Shown here: positions 53,894 to 64,000 of the stretch, in pieces | Layout of the letters: the number at the start of each line of letters is the position of its first letter | Position numbering within the stretch: the stretch's first letter is position 1 | NCBI RefSeq assembly: GCF_006345805.1 | Contig: NC_043006.1 | Coordinates: 8,370,001-8,434,000 of the forward strand | Reading direction: 5' to 3' | Length of the DNA: 64,000 nucleotides | DNA from: Octopus sinensis | Taxonomy: Eukaryota | Program-made: the position numbers and the translations under genes | The notes under the pieces: generated by a model | Seen by the model: only the letters and a program-made list of their open reading frames with translations | Databases searched by the model: none | What the model was told of the DNA's origin: nothing

Positions 53894-54714
53894 ATTTTAG
53901 AATAATGTGTAAACTTTTGAAGATACTATTTTTTGTTTTTGGCAATATTTACAATAATTTCTTTCTAATTGCTAAAATGTGTTGCCTTTTCATTATAGAA
54001 TTAATGGAATCTTTTACTAGATGAAATGATATCGTATGGATGTTCAATACGATTGAAATCTTAATTTTCTTTGACATTGAAAATAAAAAATGGAAATATC
54101 GCGTATTCATCGCCTGTGGCTCCATTATATCAGAAAACTGGAAAATGTAAAATCATCTATTTCAGCTGGTGATTAGTTGTATAATTACAAATTGGAGAAA
54201 TATTTTGCGGAGGCGCATGAGAATCACAGATGTTATCGTCACATATATATATTTTAATGATCCTCGCCAGCTAAATCGATTGCATTTTGTCGAAAGAATC
54301 ATCGTTTTCTAAAATATATGAACAGTCTAAGATATTTCGATACTTAATCTTGGTTAATCTATCTTAATAAATATTAATATAATTTCATAATTGTGATATT
54401 AACGAACAGGTGTCAAAGTAATATTTACACTTTTACGTTCCTGCTGGAATTTGAACTTAGAATCAAAACATTTAGATATTACTAAGCAATGAAGTCCGAC
54501 TTGCTAATACTTTACTTATCTCCCTCATTGAACTTACTTGTATACAATACTATATTTGTAGCAACGAACTGCTTAACGCGGATAATTTCTCATGCGTTTG
54601 GATCGCAAACCTTTTCTTGTTTTATTCTCTCTTATTCACATTCAGCGGCGTTCATGTTAATTTTCTCATGTGTAGTTCAGTCGCGACGAACACATACGTA
54701 AGTGGTTGACTCTT

Positions 54715-54890
54715 CATTCAGTATTGACTTCAAACTATGGCACGACGTCAGGAATTATGATGAAGGGGCTAAGCCGACTATATATATCCCAAAAGGATAA
54801 AATGCAAACTAGACTCTGGCGAGATTCGGACAAAGAACGTAAAGACGGACGAAATGCCGTTAAGCAGTTTGCTCGGTGTGCTCGTCATCT
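54715..54890 (-). mobile_element. SINE family B, degenerate
   Basis: GAACGTAAAGACGGACGAAATGCCGTTAAGCAGTTTGCTCGGTGTGCT. Confidence 0.65.
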
Positions 54891-56403
54891 ATTCATTTAT
54901 TATTAATCTCAATTTGTATGAACAATTACTTAATGGTCATCTGCCAGTGACTATGAACAAATAATTTCCCAATGCTTCTATTATTTACTTTAATAACCTA
55001 TCTTCTCACGAACCGACATGGATACCCTCTCGGTATTTCTATTCTCAAATAAGCAGAATACCAAGGATGTGACAGTGGTATGAATAGAGGGTAATGGTGC
55101 GGCTGGCAAAAACTTTAACCTGCATAGATTAGGGTAACCGGAAATTAAGTACGTTGCTAAACAAAATAATATGACACTTCCTGCAACAACAGAATACCTA
55201 GTCTTATGATTTTCAACCCAGCAAACTAACCACAAAACTGGTATAGCTAATGTACAATTAGTGCAGGTCATTGACCTGAACTTTTTTCCAATTAACTAGT
55301 GTTCAAAAATTTTTCACCCACCATCAGTCCATAACTGAATGTCTATTTTCTAAAATAAAATACTGGAAGAAAAATAACATTACATGGAGTAACAAAATGG
55401 AGTTTCTGTACATTTGTTGACGTTCGCTTAATCTTATCGGGTGCTAATGATGCATTAAACACCATTTAAATTATATATTTTTTTTTGTTAAATCACAATT
55501 ACTATAAATTCTGCTGAGCTGTTGTGCTAATTGGTTTTTTAATCATTGTTTTTTTTACAAACTTAAAAGACAATGATACGGATATTTTGGTGCTAATAGA
55601 CAATTAGTGCTGGTCACGCGAAACCAGTACCTGATTTAGAAACAGTGGTCCAAATAAACCCAAGAATTAATCGAAACCCAAAGTATGCAAGGTTTGCGTT
55701 GGGTAGTACTATATATCGACAAATACAGCAGATATTTATAATGAAGGTCTCAAGTTTTGTTTGAGATTGGCTCAAGATCAGAGTCATCTTGGTTGGCCGT
55801 TAATTGTTTTTGTCATACATCAGTATATAAGGAACAAAATAATCAGTTTCAAACTTCCTAAAATTCTCCGGAATGCCCTATCAGTGAGGATTCTTGAAAT
55901 ATTTATACAGAATACATCCTTCTGAATGACAAAGATGATCGATAATACTTTGCAACAATATTTCCGTGCAAAATTTGATTTTCAAAAGGCAGAATTCATT
56001 TGATATTGAAACTTATATTCCTTCTGAAACGATCGGATTCTTTGAAAATCATAATTGGCTTCTACTATGAGAAAAAAAAAAATTGATGACATATTTGAGT
56101 GAATTAAAAAAAAATCATGTCGTTGATGCTAAAGTTCTGTACTTCGAATAAAAATAATGTCTCATGGATCCATTTAAAAATCAGAGTATACGAGTGAAAA
56201 ATGAATATTAGGTAAAAATTAATTCTAGCGCTTTTCTATTTCTGTCGGTTCACCATCATAAATTAAAGTCACTCTTGTTATATATGTATATTTAAACGTC
56301 ACAAATGTTGTGCTTATATTCACATCTACACTGTGGATTATGATAATAGGATATCTCCTGACCAGTGTGGATGTACGCAAGTCACAGCTGAAAATAAAAC
56401 GAT

Positions 56404-56991
56404 CTATCTTCGCGTAAGTGCTGTTATCGTTATGGAGATGAGGTGGTAGTCGTAATCATAAAAGCTGAAAAAGTGTGATAGACAAATATCTACATTGGAG
56501 AAATCTGGTAAAAGTGCAGCAAGCCTTCCTCTTGACAATTGCAAATCGAAATCTTTGAACGAAGCAAGATTAAAAAATTTATATCTATTTTCACTGGTAT
56601 ATCGCAGTAAATTAAGGGGTGCAAAGTTTTTGAGTGTCTTCATGATACGATTCTTAGGTGCGGAAATATTGTAATGCTTTTTGTTGGCTTCGGTGTTAAT
56701 TTTTAAGTCGGTTGTCTTTGTTGCCATAACAAGATTTGCAAAAAACCAGGTAGCATGAAACTTTGAATTATCCGAATTTTGAATATCGGAAATTGCTTGT
56801 TTTGTATGAAATATGACGTACCCACATCGTTTTGTCTCAGAATATGTAAAAGTTTCAGCTTTGTCTATTTTAGATATCGGTTCAAAATATTTTACTAGCG
56901 AGGGGGCATCAAAGTTCTTCGGGAGATCAATTATTAACAAAGTTCTCTTCACGACATCCATTATTCTACTTAACCGCTCGCAGTTCAACAT
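56404..56991 (-). CDS. RRM-like RNA-binding protein (single-exon gene, large exon or retrocopy)
   Basis: 195 uninterrupted codons in non-repetitive AT-rich DNA. RNP2-like LLIIDLP, helix DAPSLVKYFEPIS and RNP1-like KRCGYVIF with canonical RRM spacing. In-frame upstream TGA; both candidate ATGs have A at -3. Confidence 0.55.
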   Translation of the reverse strand: MLNCERLSRIMDVVKRTLLIIDLPKNFDAPSLVKYFEPISKIDKAETFTYSETKRCGYVIFHTKQAISDIQNSDNSKFHATWFFANLVMATKTTDLKINTEANKKHYNISAPKNRIMKTLKNFAPLNLLRYTSENRYKFFNLASFKDFDLQLSRGRLAALLPDFSNVDICLSHFFSFYDYDYHLISITITALTRR

Positions 56992-57195
56992 TGTACACAG
57001 TTTCTGACCTCTTCAATCTCTTTAGACCTCTTTTAACCGAAACTCAAGAAATGGAATTAATATTACTGGTTTTCACTTATTCATTTAGAATTGAACGAGT
57101 ATTTAACGGAAATCTTTTACCAGCATATGTGAACAGTTTATTATAAGGAGGTGTTACAAATCAGATTTATGTAATTATGTATAGTAATATTTGAT

Positions 57196-57278
57196 TTGTG
57201 TTCGAGTTGAATGATTCCTGTTTACAAGCAGAAAGATCCTGAGTTCGTATACTGTTAACTGCTTTGTATTAATTGACA
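57196..57278. repeat. local dispersed direct repeat, copy 1
   Basis: TTGTGTTCGAGTTGAATGA...ATTAATTGACA; paralog at 57912-57990. Confidence 0.75.
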
Positions 57279-57911
57279 GTTCACTTGCCTGTCATTAAAT
57301 AAAGATAGATAGCGTTAGTATTCACGGTTGAATTCTAATCCTCATAAATATTTGTTTTTAATTCATTCTACTAAACTATTAATACTCTCAAGAATACTGG
57401 AGCTGTGCCAAATATTTTAGACTATGTGACATGAAAACAAATATATATTGCATGTCGATATAAGTGAAGTATTCCCGTGAAATATTGAACAATGATTTTA
57501 AGGGAGTCTATCTGTGGCTAATGGAAACCGTAAGTATATACGTATTTACCACCCTGTTTTTATAGGTAAATCTCCTCATGAATCTCGATAAAATATAATA
57601 ACCAATGTTAAATACAATTCTACAGCAAAACGGGAAAGGAAACCAATTTGGTGAGTGGCTCATCATTAAATATTTCCGAAGTCCGAAGCGAATCAATTGT
57701 AAATCGAACTGGTGTGGCTCGTCTTTCTAAAATTTATACCAGCAGGAAGAGTTGCACACCGAATCAGGGAAAACTGAATCATTCGCCAAAATCGAATGAA
57801 TATATGTGCTATTATTGATGTACTCTCTATGTTAGAAATTCATAATAAAGTGAGAGGTGCCACGTGAAATTTAAGACTTATTTAATAATGTTTAGGTATA
57901 GCAACATTCCC

Positions 57912-57990
57912 TTGTGTTCGAGTTGAATGACTGCTGTTAACAAGAAGATCCTTAGCTAGTATGATTTTAGCTGCCCTGCATTAATTGACA
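57912..57990. repeat. local dispersed direct repeat, copy 2
   Basis: See 57196-57278. Confidence 0.75.
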
Positions 57991-58908
57991 CGTATTAACT
58001 ACAAATAGATTGACGGCGCTAACACACTGTAGTATAATGATTCAGGGGGAATGAAATACCCTAAATCATTATACTACACTGGACAGTTTGTTACATTCTA
58101 CACAGAGATAATCAGGTATTTGAATTTGGCAATAATTTTCACTTGTTTTAGCGAAGTAAAGCGTTTAGTAGGTGAGGTTTACTAACGTCTTACAGCGAAG
58201 AATTCCAATCATTTCGTGTTGTAAAGAAATAATTATTGTTCTAGTGCGTATTACTGAACTCATTGACGAAAATACTGTTATTTTAAGGAGGGAGATTAGG
58301 AGCTCGAATACTACTTGCGTGGGTTGAACTTCAGATAGTTTATTAACATCAACTTGTTCGCTTTTATTGAAGTTAATGAGTCTGTATTTAGGATCAGAAA
58401 ATAACCATCGCTTGTGTAGTAGTACAAGGAAATATATCAATGATTAGTTGTCGTACATTATACTCTATGAGTTACTTCAAATACAAAGACTGTCATTTGT
58501 TCTTAATTATATTGTAATATGTATTTTTATTTCGTATTTTTTACATGATTTTTCTGGCTTTTGGATAGACGTTTAAATAGTCTGCGCCATTCAAACGCCA
58601 AATAATATAAATTTTATTAGACGAAGGAACACATATAACCTCGGAGCTACACAAATACTTTAACTCATTTATTAATGTCTTTTGACACAGACTAGTTTTT
58701 ATTTTGTTCATTTGAACCTACTTAGCAGACAAATGTCAATGGTTTCCAGCATCTTTTTCTACTTTATGTATTTCCTGGTTTTGTAACTGTATTTGGTGTT
58801 TGTGAAACCAACAAGTGCTGCCAGCTCGAGACGCATTGTTTACCAAAAGAATACCTTTAATTAGATGCTGTTTCCTATAAACTAATTTGATACGAATTTG
58901 TTATATAT

Positions 58909-59142
58909 ATATTTCTTTACTACCTACAAGGAGGCTAAACACAGAGGGGACAAACAAGGACAGATAAACGGATTAAGTCGATTACATCGACCCCAGTGCG
59001 TAACTGCTACTTAATTTATCGACCTCGAAAGGATGAAAGGCGAAGTCGATCTCGGCGGAATTTGAACCCAGAACGTAACGGCTGACGAAATACGGCTTTG
59101 CATTTCGCCCGACGTGCTAACGGTTCTGCCAGCTCGTCGCCT
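58909..59142 (-). mobile_element. SINE family B, full length with 16-bp TSD
   Basis: TSD CGAATTTGTTATATAT at 58893-58908 and 59143-59158. Confidence 0.94.
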
Positions 59143-59315
59143 CGAATTTGTTATATATTTTGCCGTAGATAAAAGGTGGGATGCTGTTTCAAATCTGGAT
59201 TGTGCATCATCTACTTCTATCTACTTCCCTTCAACAAAGAAGAGATATTTAAGTATGGTCTACAACAGGAGAAAAAACTCGAAGCAATGTATTTATGCTA
59301 TGTATTAATTGTGAA

Positions 59316-59570
59316 GTGGAGGCGCGTGACTTAGTGGTTAGGGTGTTGGACTCATGATCATAAGGTTGTGGTTTCAATTCCTGGACAGGGCGATGCATTG
59401 TGATTTGAGCAAAACACTTCATTTCATGTTGCTCCGGTCCACTCAGCTGGCAAAAGTGAGTAATCCTGCGACGGACCGGTGTCCCGTCCAGGTGGGGAAT
59501 TTCTACGCCACTGAAACCAGGAAACCGGCCCTCATGAGCTTGGCATGGCTTGAGAAGGAACATTTTTTTA
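59316..59570 (+). mobile_element. SINE family D (tRNA-derived), monomer 1 of a tandem pair
   Basis: GTGGAGGCGCGTGACTTAGTGGTTAGGG...GGTTTCAATTCCTGG...TTGAGCAAAACACTTCATTTCATGTTGCTCC. Confidence 0.88.
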
Positions 59571-59571
59571 T

Positions 59572-59829
59572 GTGGAGGCACGTGGCTTAGTGGTTAGGGT
59601 GTCAGCATCATGATCGTAAGATAGTGGTTTCGATTACTGGACCGGGTGACACGTTGTGTTCTTGAACAAAACACTTCATTTCACGTTGCTCCAGTCCACC
59701 CAGCTGGCAGAAATGAGTAACGCTGCGGTAGACTGGCGTCCCGTCCAACTGGGGAACACATACACCATAGAAACCGGGGTACCGGGCCCATGAGCCTGGC
59801 TAGGCTTTAAAAGGGCGCATTTATTTATT
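59572..59829 (+). mobile_element. SINE family D, monomer 2 of a tandem pair
   Basis: GTGGAGGCACGTGGCTTAGTGGTTAGGG...GGTTTCGATTACTGGACCGGG...; collinear with monomer 1. Confidence 0.88.
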
Positions 59830-59835
59830 ATTGTG

Positions 59836-60065
59836 AAAGGCAGCGAGCCGGCAGGGTCTTTAACACGTCATGCAAAATATTTAGTGACATTTCATCCATC
59901 TTTACATTCTGAATTCAAATTCAACCGAGGCTGACTTTGCCTTTCATCAATTCGTGTATGGGGGGGGATGTCCATAAAAGTGCCAGTTGAGCACTGAAGT
60001 GGATATAATTAGCTCATCTCCTTCCACCTGAATTTGTGGGCATTCTGCCAAAATTTGAAATCATT
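59836..60065 (+). mobile_element. SINE family B, degenerate
   Basis: AAGGCAGCGAGCCGGCAGG...GAATTCAAATTCAACCGAGGCTGACTTTGCCTTTCATC. Confidence 0.8.
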
Positions 60066-60778
60066 AAGTATTAACTATACTCACTTAAGAACCTATAGAT
60101 TCTTGCTTTTGCTCGTACAACTCTGACGGACATGGAATAAATGTTTTAAATGTAGCTTAAAACTATCGATCATTCTAGAATAATCTAGAAAAATACCGCT
60201 ATTTGGGAAGTTTTTTTGTTTAAATAATGAAATCTCAATAATGTGCCATGTGAAATTACGCACAACACACACGCATACATAGATATGCAAGCAAACACAA
60301 TCACTAAGAGAGGCGCATATTGTTATACACATTTACGTTGGAAAACACACGGATCAACATCTATACATACACCTCTATATAAGTACATGTGTATCTCTAT
60401 ATAGATAATTATATACATACATGTCTTACATGTATTCACGTCACGCGTATATACTTAAATATATATAGACTGGCACACGTTCAGGTGTTGGTATTCTTTA
60501 GTAAGAATCTCATAATGTGGCCACAATCAGTCAATTTATCTTAATGGCAAAAAGCGTTCATGTGTGCAAATATTCAGTGTAGCGAAATTGTTCAGGTAAA
60601 TATATTTTGTCTGTATGTGTAATCTATAATTTGTGAATATGAAGTTCTTTAATGCTTATGCGTATATTATTCTTGATACAGGCCATTTATGTATATCAGA
60701 TTTATATATTTAATGTAGATGATTTGCAGGATCGTATGAAGCCGTTGGTATTACAAGCATCAGAGATCCTGCAAATTA

Positions 60779-61030
60779 TCTATTATATAAAATCTGTCTG
60801 TCTGTCTGTGTGTGTGTCTTCTAGGATCTCGGGCATCCTCCATCCGATTGCGCTCAAATTTGATATGCAGATACCGACGGTATAAGGGCGTGTATAAGTC
60901 TTGAAAAAATTACAATAATCGATTCCATGTGAGAATGCGATCGATAAAGCCGTGGAAACGTGCATTTATACGCGCAAGTACATCAGCTGCTGCGATCGAT
61001 ACTACGCGTACGCGAGAAAAATGCACGTTG
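60779..61030 (+). mobile_element. Helitron-like non-autonomous element, 5' portion
   Basis: A|TCTATTATATAAAATCTGTCTGTCTGTCTG...CCATCCGATTGCGCTCAAATTTG resembles Helitron-type 5' ends and the start at 13190; no 3' hairpin/CTAG found. Confidence 0.5.
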
Positions 61031-61368
61031 TTTTGTACTGCTTAAAGGCACGTTTCTTTCCTGCCAAGCTTACTGTTTAAACCATGTTTGTGTTCTCCCA
61101 GTCAACATCCTTATCATTACTGGTACTTTAAACTCTTCGGTTGCATATTTGTGTGAATAAAATCGTTTTTCTTTGGAATAGAAAAAATGTCTATCTTTAT
61201 TTTTTCTGCTGCTAGTGTCTCAAATTTAGGTTAAATCAGTGTTTCTCAAAGGGGATGCCTATGGGACTGTCGGACAAGTTGTTTTGAGAAAATTTTGTTT
61301 ATATGTTTGACAACTCAGCACCGTCCATTAGACGGTGGGGGCGTTTTACTCGTGTGTATATATATATA

Positions 61369-61510
61369 GTTCAAATTTAAAAGAAACAAGAGACAAATAC
61401 AGGTGAAGGAACAACGATTAGTTATATAAGTTTAACGTCTCTAGCTTACGCTCTTCGACAGAAAGTATTGAAAGGAAACAAAAGCGGAGAGAGAAAAAAA
61501 TGAGTATGAG
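61369..61510 (-). mobile_element. HH2 family, old degenerate copy
   Basis: Minus strand CTTT-CTGTCGA-A-GAGC-GTAA-GCTA-GAGAC-GTT (61465-61430); follows (TA)n. Confidence 0.55.
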
Positions 61511-61964
61511 CAGGACACTCTAAGCCCTCAAGCCACTTTAGTCTTACAGTTAATACAAGATGTGGATATTTTGTTTTATACATTCTGGTCGAATCTTCCA
61601 TGTACTAACATGTATCTCCTTGCGATAATGTAAACTTCCATTTAATCAAGATACCTTCGCTTGGATATTTACCTCTTCCATTGTTCTGCTCGCAATGAAG
61701 CATATGTAGCTCGGATATTCTCTATTCTATCCCTTAAATTTTGTGTTCTTATTCGCATACCCTGGTTTGCCTGCTGTGAGATAAATAAAGAATTTGTTTT
61801 AATTGTCATACTTCGATACAAAAAGATCCGCAAGTTTCCGCCTCTGTAATACGCTTTTGTACTTGAAATTTGTGTTTTATATATACTATAGTTTGCTTAA
61901 AGCTAACTTTTGTCCTACACATGTTTGTATGTAAGTATGTATGTATGTATGTATGTATATCTAC

Positions 61965-62152
61965 GTGTGTGGGTATTCCTGCCTCTGCTTGTTGCCCCAA
62001 TCACGGCTTGACAATCGTTTGTATCGCTGTAATTTAGCGGTTCGTCAAAAACACGGATAGAATAAGCATAAAAAAAATCTGGGGTCGATATATTCCACTA
62101 AAAAATTTAAGGTTGTGTCCCAGCATTGCCACAGTCGTATTACTGAAACAAA
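61965..62152 (+). mobile_element. SINE family A body, degenerate
   Basis: GCTTGACAATCG...TTAGCGGTTCGTCAAAAACACGGATAGAATAAG...CCCAGCATTGCCACAGTC...ACTGAAACAA. Confidence 0.7.
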
Positions 62153-64000
62153 TTTGCAAATTTACAACTTTTTTCTTTCCCAAAGTTCTTACGAATCTAT
62201 GGTGCATTTTTGCTCTTTTTGTCCTGCTTTCCGATATATTACACCTTAAATGCAGCATAACTCAGAAGTATCTTATTGCATTTCTGTTACAGTGCTCAAA
62301 TAACGGAGGCATATTTTCTTTGTCCCCGTTTAAATTAGCTGATTATGATTCAAGAAATGCTTTTCAATTTGACTAATGCAATACGAAAGTGACAATTTCT
62401 CGGCTGGCACATTGGTAAAGATAAACTCGGCAAGCTGTGACTAACGTCTTTCCAGCAATGGCAGTTTATCATCTTATAATACACCACTCTAAATCCCTCT
62501 TCTCTGCATATTTAACATAGGTATGAAGAACGTTGAGAATAGCTTTATCTTATTCGGTATCCTTTCACAAAATCTACATAACATGCTATCTAATAGCCAA
62601 AAGTTTATTATTCCATACAAATGTTACTCTTAACATTATGATTTATTGTCATTCACATCTAGCATTTAAATCCCGCTTCTTAGACATTCTCGATTTTCAT
62701 TGTGATTTTATTTTGTTCATTCCTTGCATAAGTATGTCTATTTCCTATTTTTTCGATAGTCAATCGAATTTTTCTTTCTATTCAGATAATCTTTCCTCTC
62801 AGAAATTCCTTTCTTATTATTCTAAATAGGATTGCGAAATCATTTTCTCTCTTTCTTATTCAAATTCCTGCAATTATTCTGCTTTTCGAAAGAAATTGAC
62901 GATTCAACAAGGTTACTTATAAATCGATTAGAAAAAAATCAATCATGTAATTATTAACGGGTAACTTTGTCTTAAGCTGTCCAGAATATTGATTTGTCGA
63001 GCAATTAAAATGGCATTGTTTCGTAGCGTTAAATATTTTGCCAAAGATCAACAGCTGGCAAAACTGGCGCAATGCAGTAGCTTTTTCCATTACATATGGG
63101 CTAAAAGACAATCGTAAACAAATATTCAGACTGAATCACCACTGTACTTTAAAGCTGTTGGCTCACGGTGGCGATGACGAACTCTTTCACAAATCAATAC
63201 ATATAGTCTAAACCTGAATATTAAACAATATTACTTAATGCGAACTTGAGACAACCATAAATTAATTGCTTAACGTAATATATATATATAATTTAAATTT
63301 CTTCATATATATAGCTTACTCCATCCAGTGAGAAATAGCTATCATTTAATGTACGCAGTATTATAGTAAGAATTACTTATAGTTTCTTGTTGTGAAGACA
63401 CTTGTCTAGGTAAATTTCTATAACACACCTTGTATCTGCATGCAATAGCTAAGTTGTGACCACAGGGTCTGTTCTACTTGAAAATCGGAACGCCGGTATA
63501 TGGGAAATCAGAAAAAAAAGCATGGAAAAACTACTGCAAAATGTAGTTGAGTGAATAAAAAGGGAAAAAAATGAAAATTAGAGTTACGTCCCTTTTTATT
63601 GAAGAAGCCATAAGTAAACTTGTTGTTGCAAAACATTAAGCAGGGGGTGGGAGCAATATCTGCGAGACACCTGCTCAATCCAGGGAGGGCGGTGTCCTCC
63701 AGTTCGCCAAAAGTAATTTAGCTATAGGCTTCCATTAGCTGAAAATTTTGGATCGATCTGGTATTTGATAGTGTGGTGGGATTCTTAGGTTTAAATAGAA
63801 TATGCGATGTTTTAGCTACGCCTAAATTGCATTTCTTAGATCCATTTAGTCATGAAATGGATTTCTATACGAATCTCCATTGATTGTATGTGGTGTGCAG
63901 TTAGCCTTTAAAAAACTATACGTGGCTGGCCAATTTAGTGGCTTTACTTTTGTCGATGTCCTGGAAAGAAGACTGGTGGTTTGCACAACCACTTTTGAAA

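Noticed and set aside
54990-55271. 93-aa minus ORF as a downstream exon of the RRM-like gene
   Set aside because: The RRM frame has its own stop and no clear donor; no homology recognised.
61237-61350. hAT-like TIR start CAGTGTTTCTCAA
   Set aside because: No partner TIR or 8-bp TSD found.

Overview
AT-rich, microsatellite-dense animal genomic DNA, almost all non-coding (intron or intergenic). The repeat families resemble those I recall from Octopus (inference, no search run). Nearly every ORF in the supplied track is a microsatellite or SINE artefact. Supported content: (1) a 5'-truncated, decayed Penelope-like retroelement (RT then C-terminal GIY-YIG, ~9369-12489) with a minimal type-I hammerhead ribozyme (HHR) motif at its 3' end; (2) two short non-autonomous HHR-like repeat families, one of them tRNA-headed and inserted twice as head-to-head inverted dimers flanked by apparent target-site duplications (TSDs); (3) four tRNA-derived SINE families, labelled A-D here (A is CORE-like), about 30 copies or fragments, several with clean 13-17 bp TSDs; (4) truncated Tc1 and mariner transposons, an RTE-type LINE 3' end and non-autonomous Helitron-like elements; (5) one credible non-TE ORF, an RRM-like 195-aa frame at 56404-56991 (-); (6) two near-perfect pre-miRNA-like hairpins at 21225-21282 and 31681-31750. 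The best candidate for an undescribed system is a Penelope-dependent set of hammerhead-bearing short retroelements, including a tRNA-promoter/hammerhead hybrid SINE. All of this was read by eye, and boundaries of degenerate repeats are approximate.
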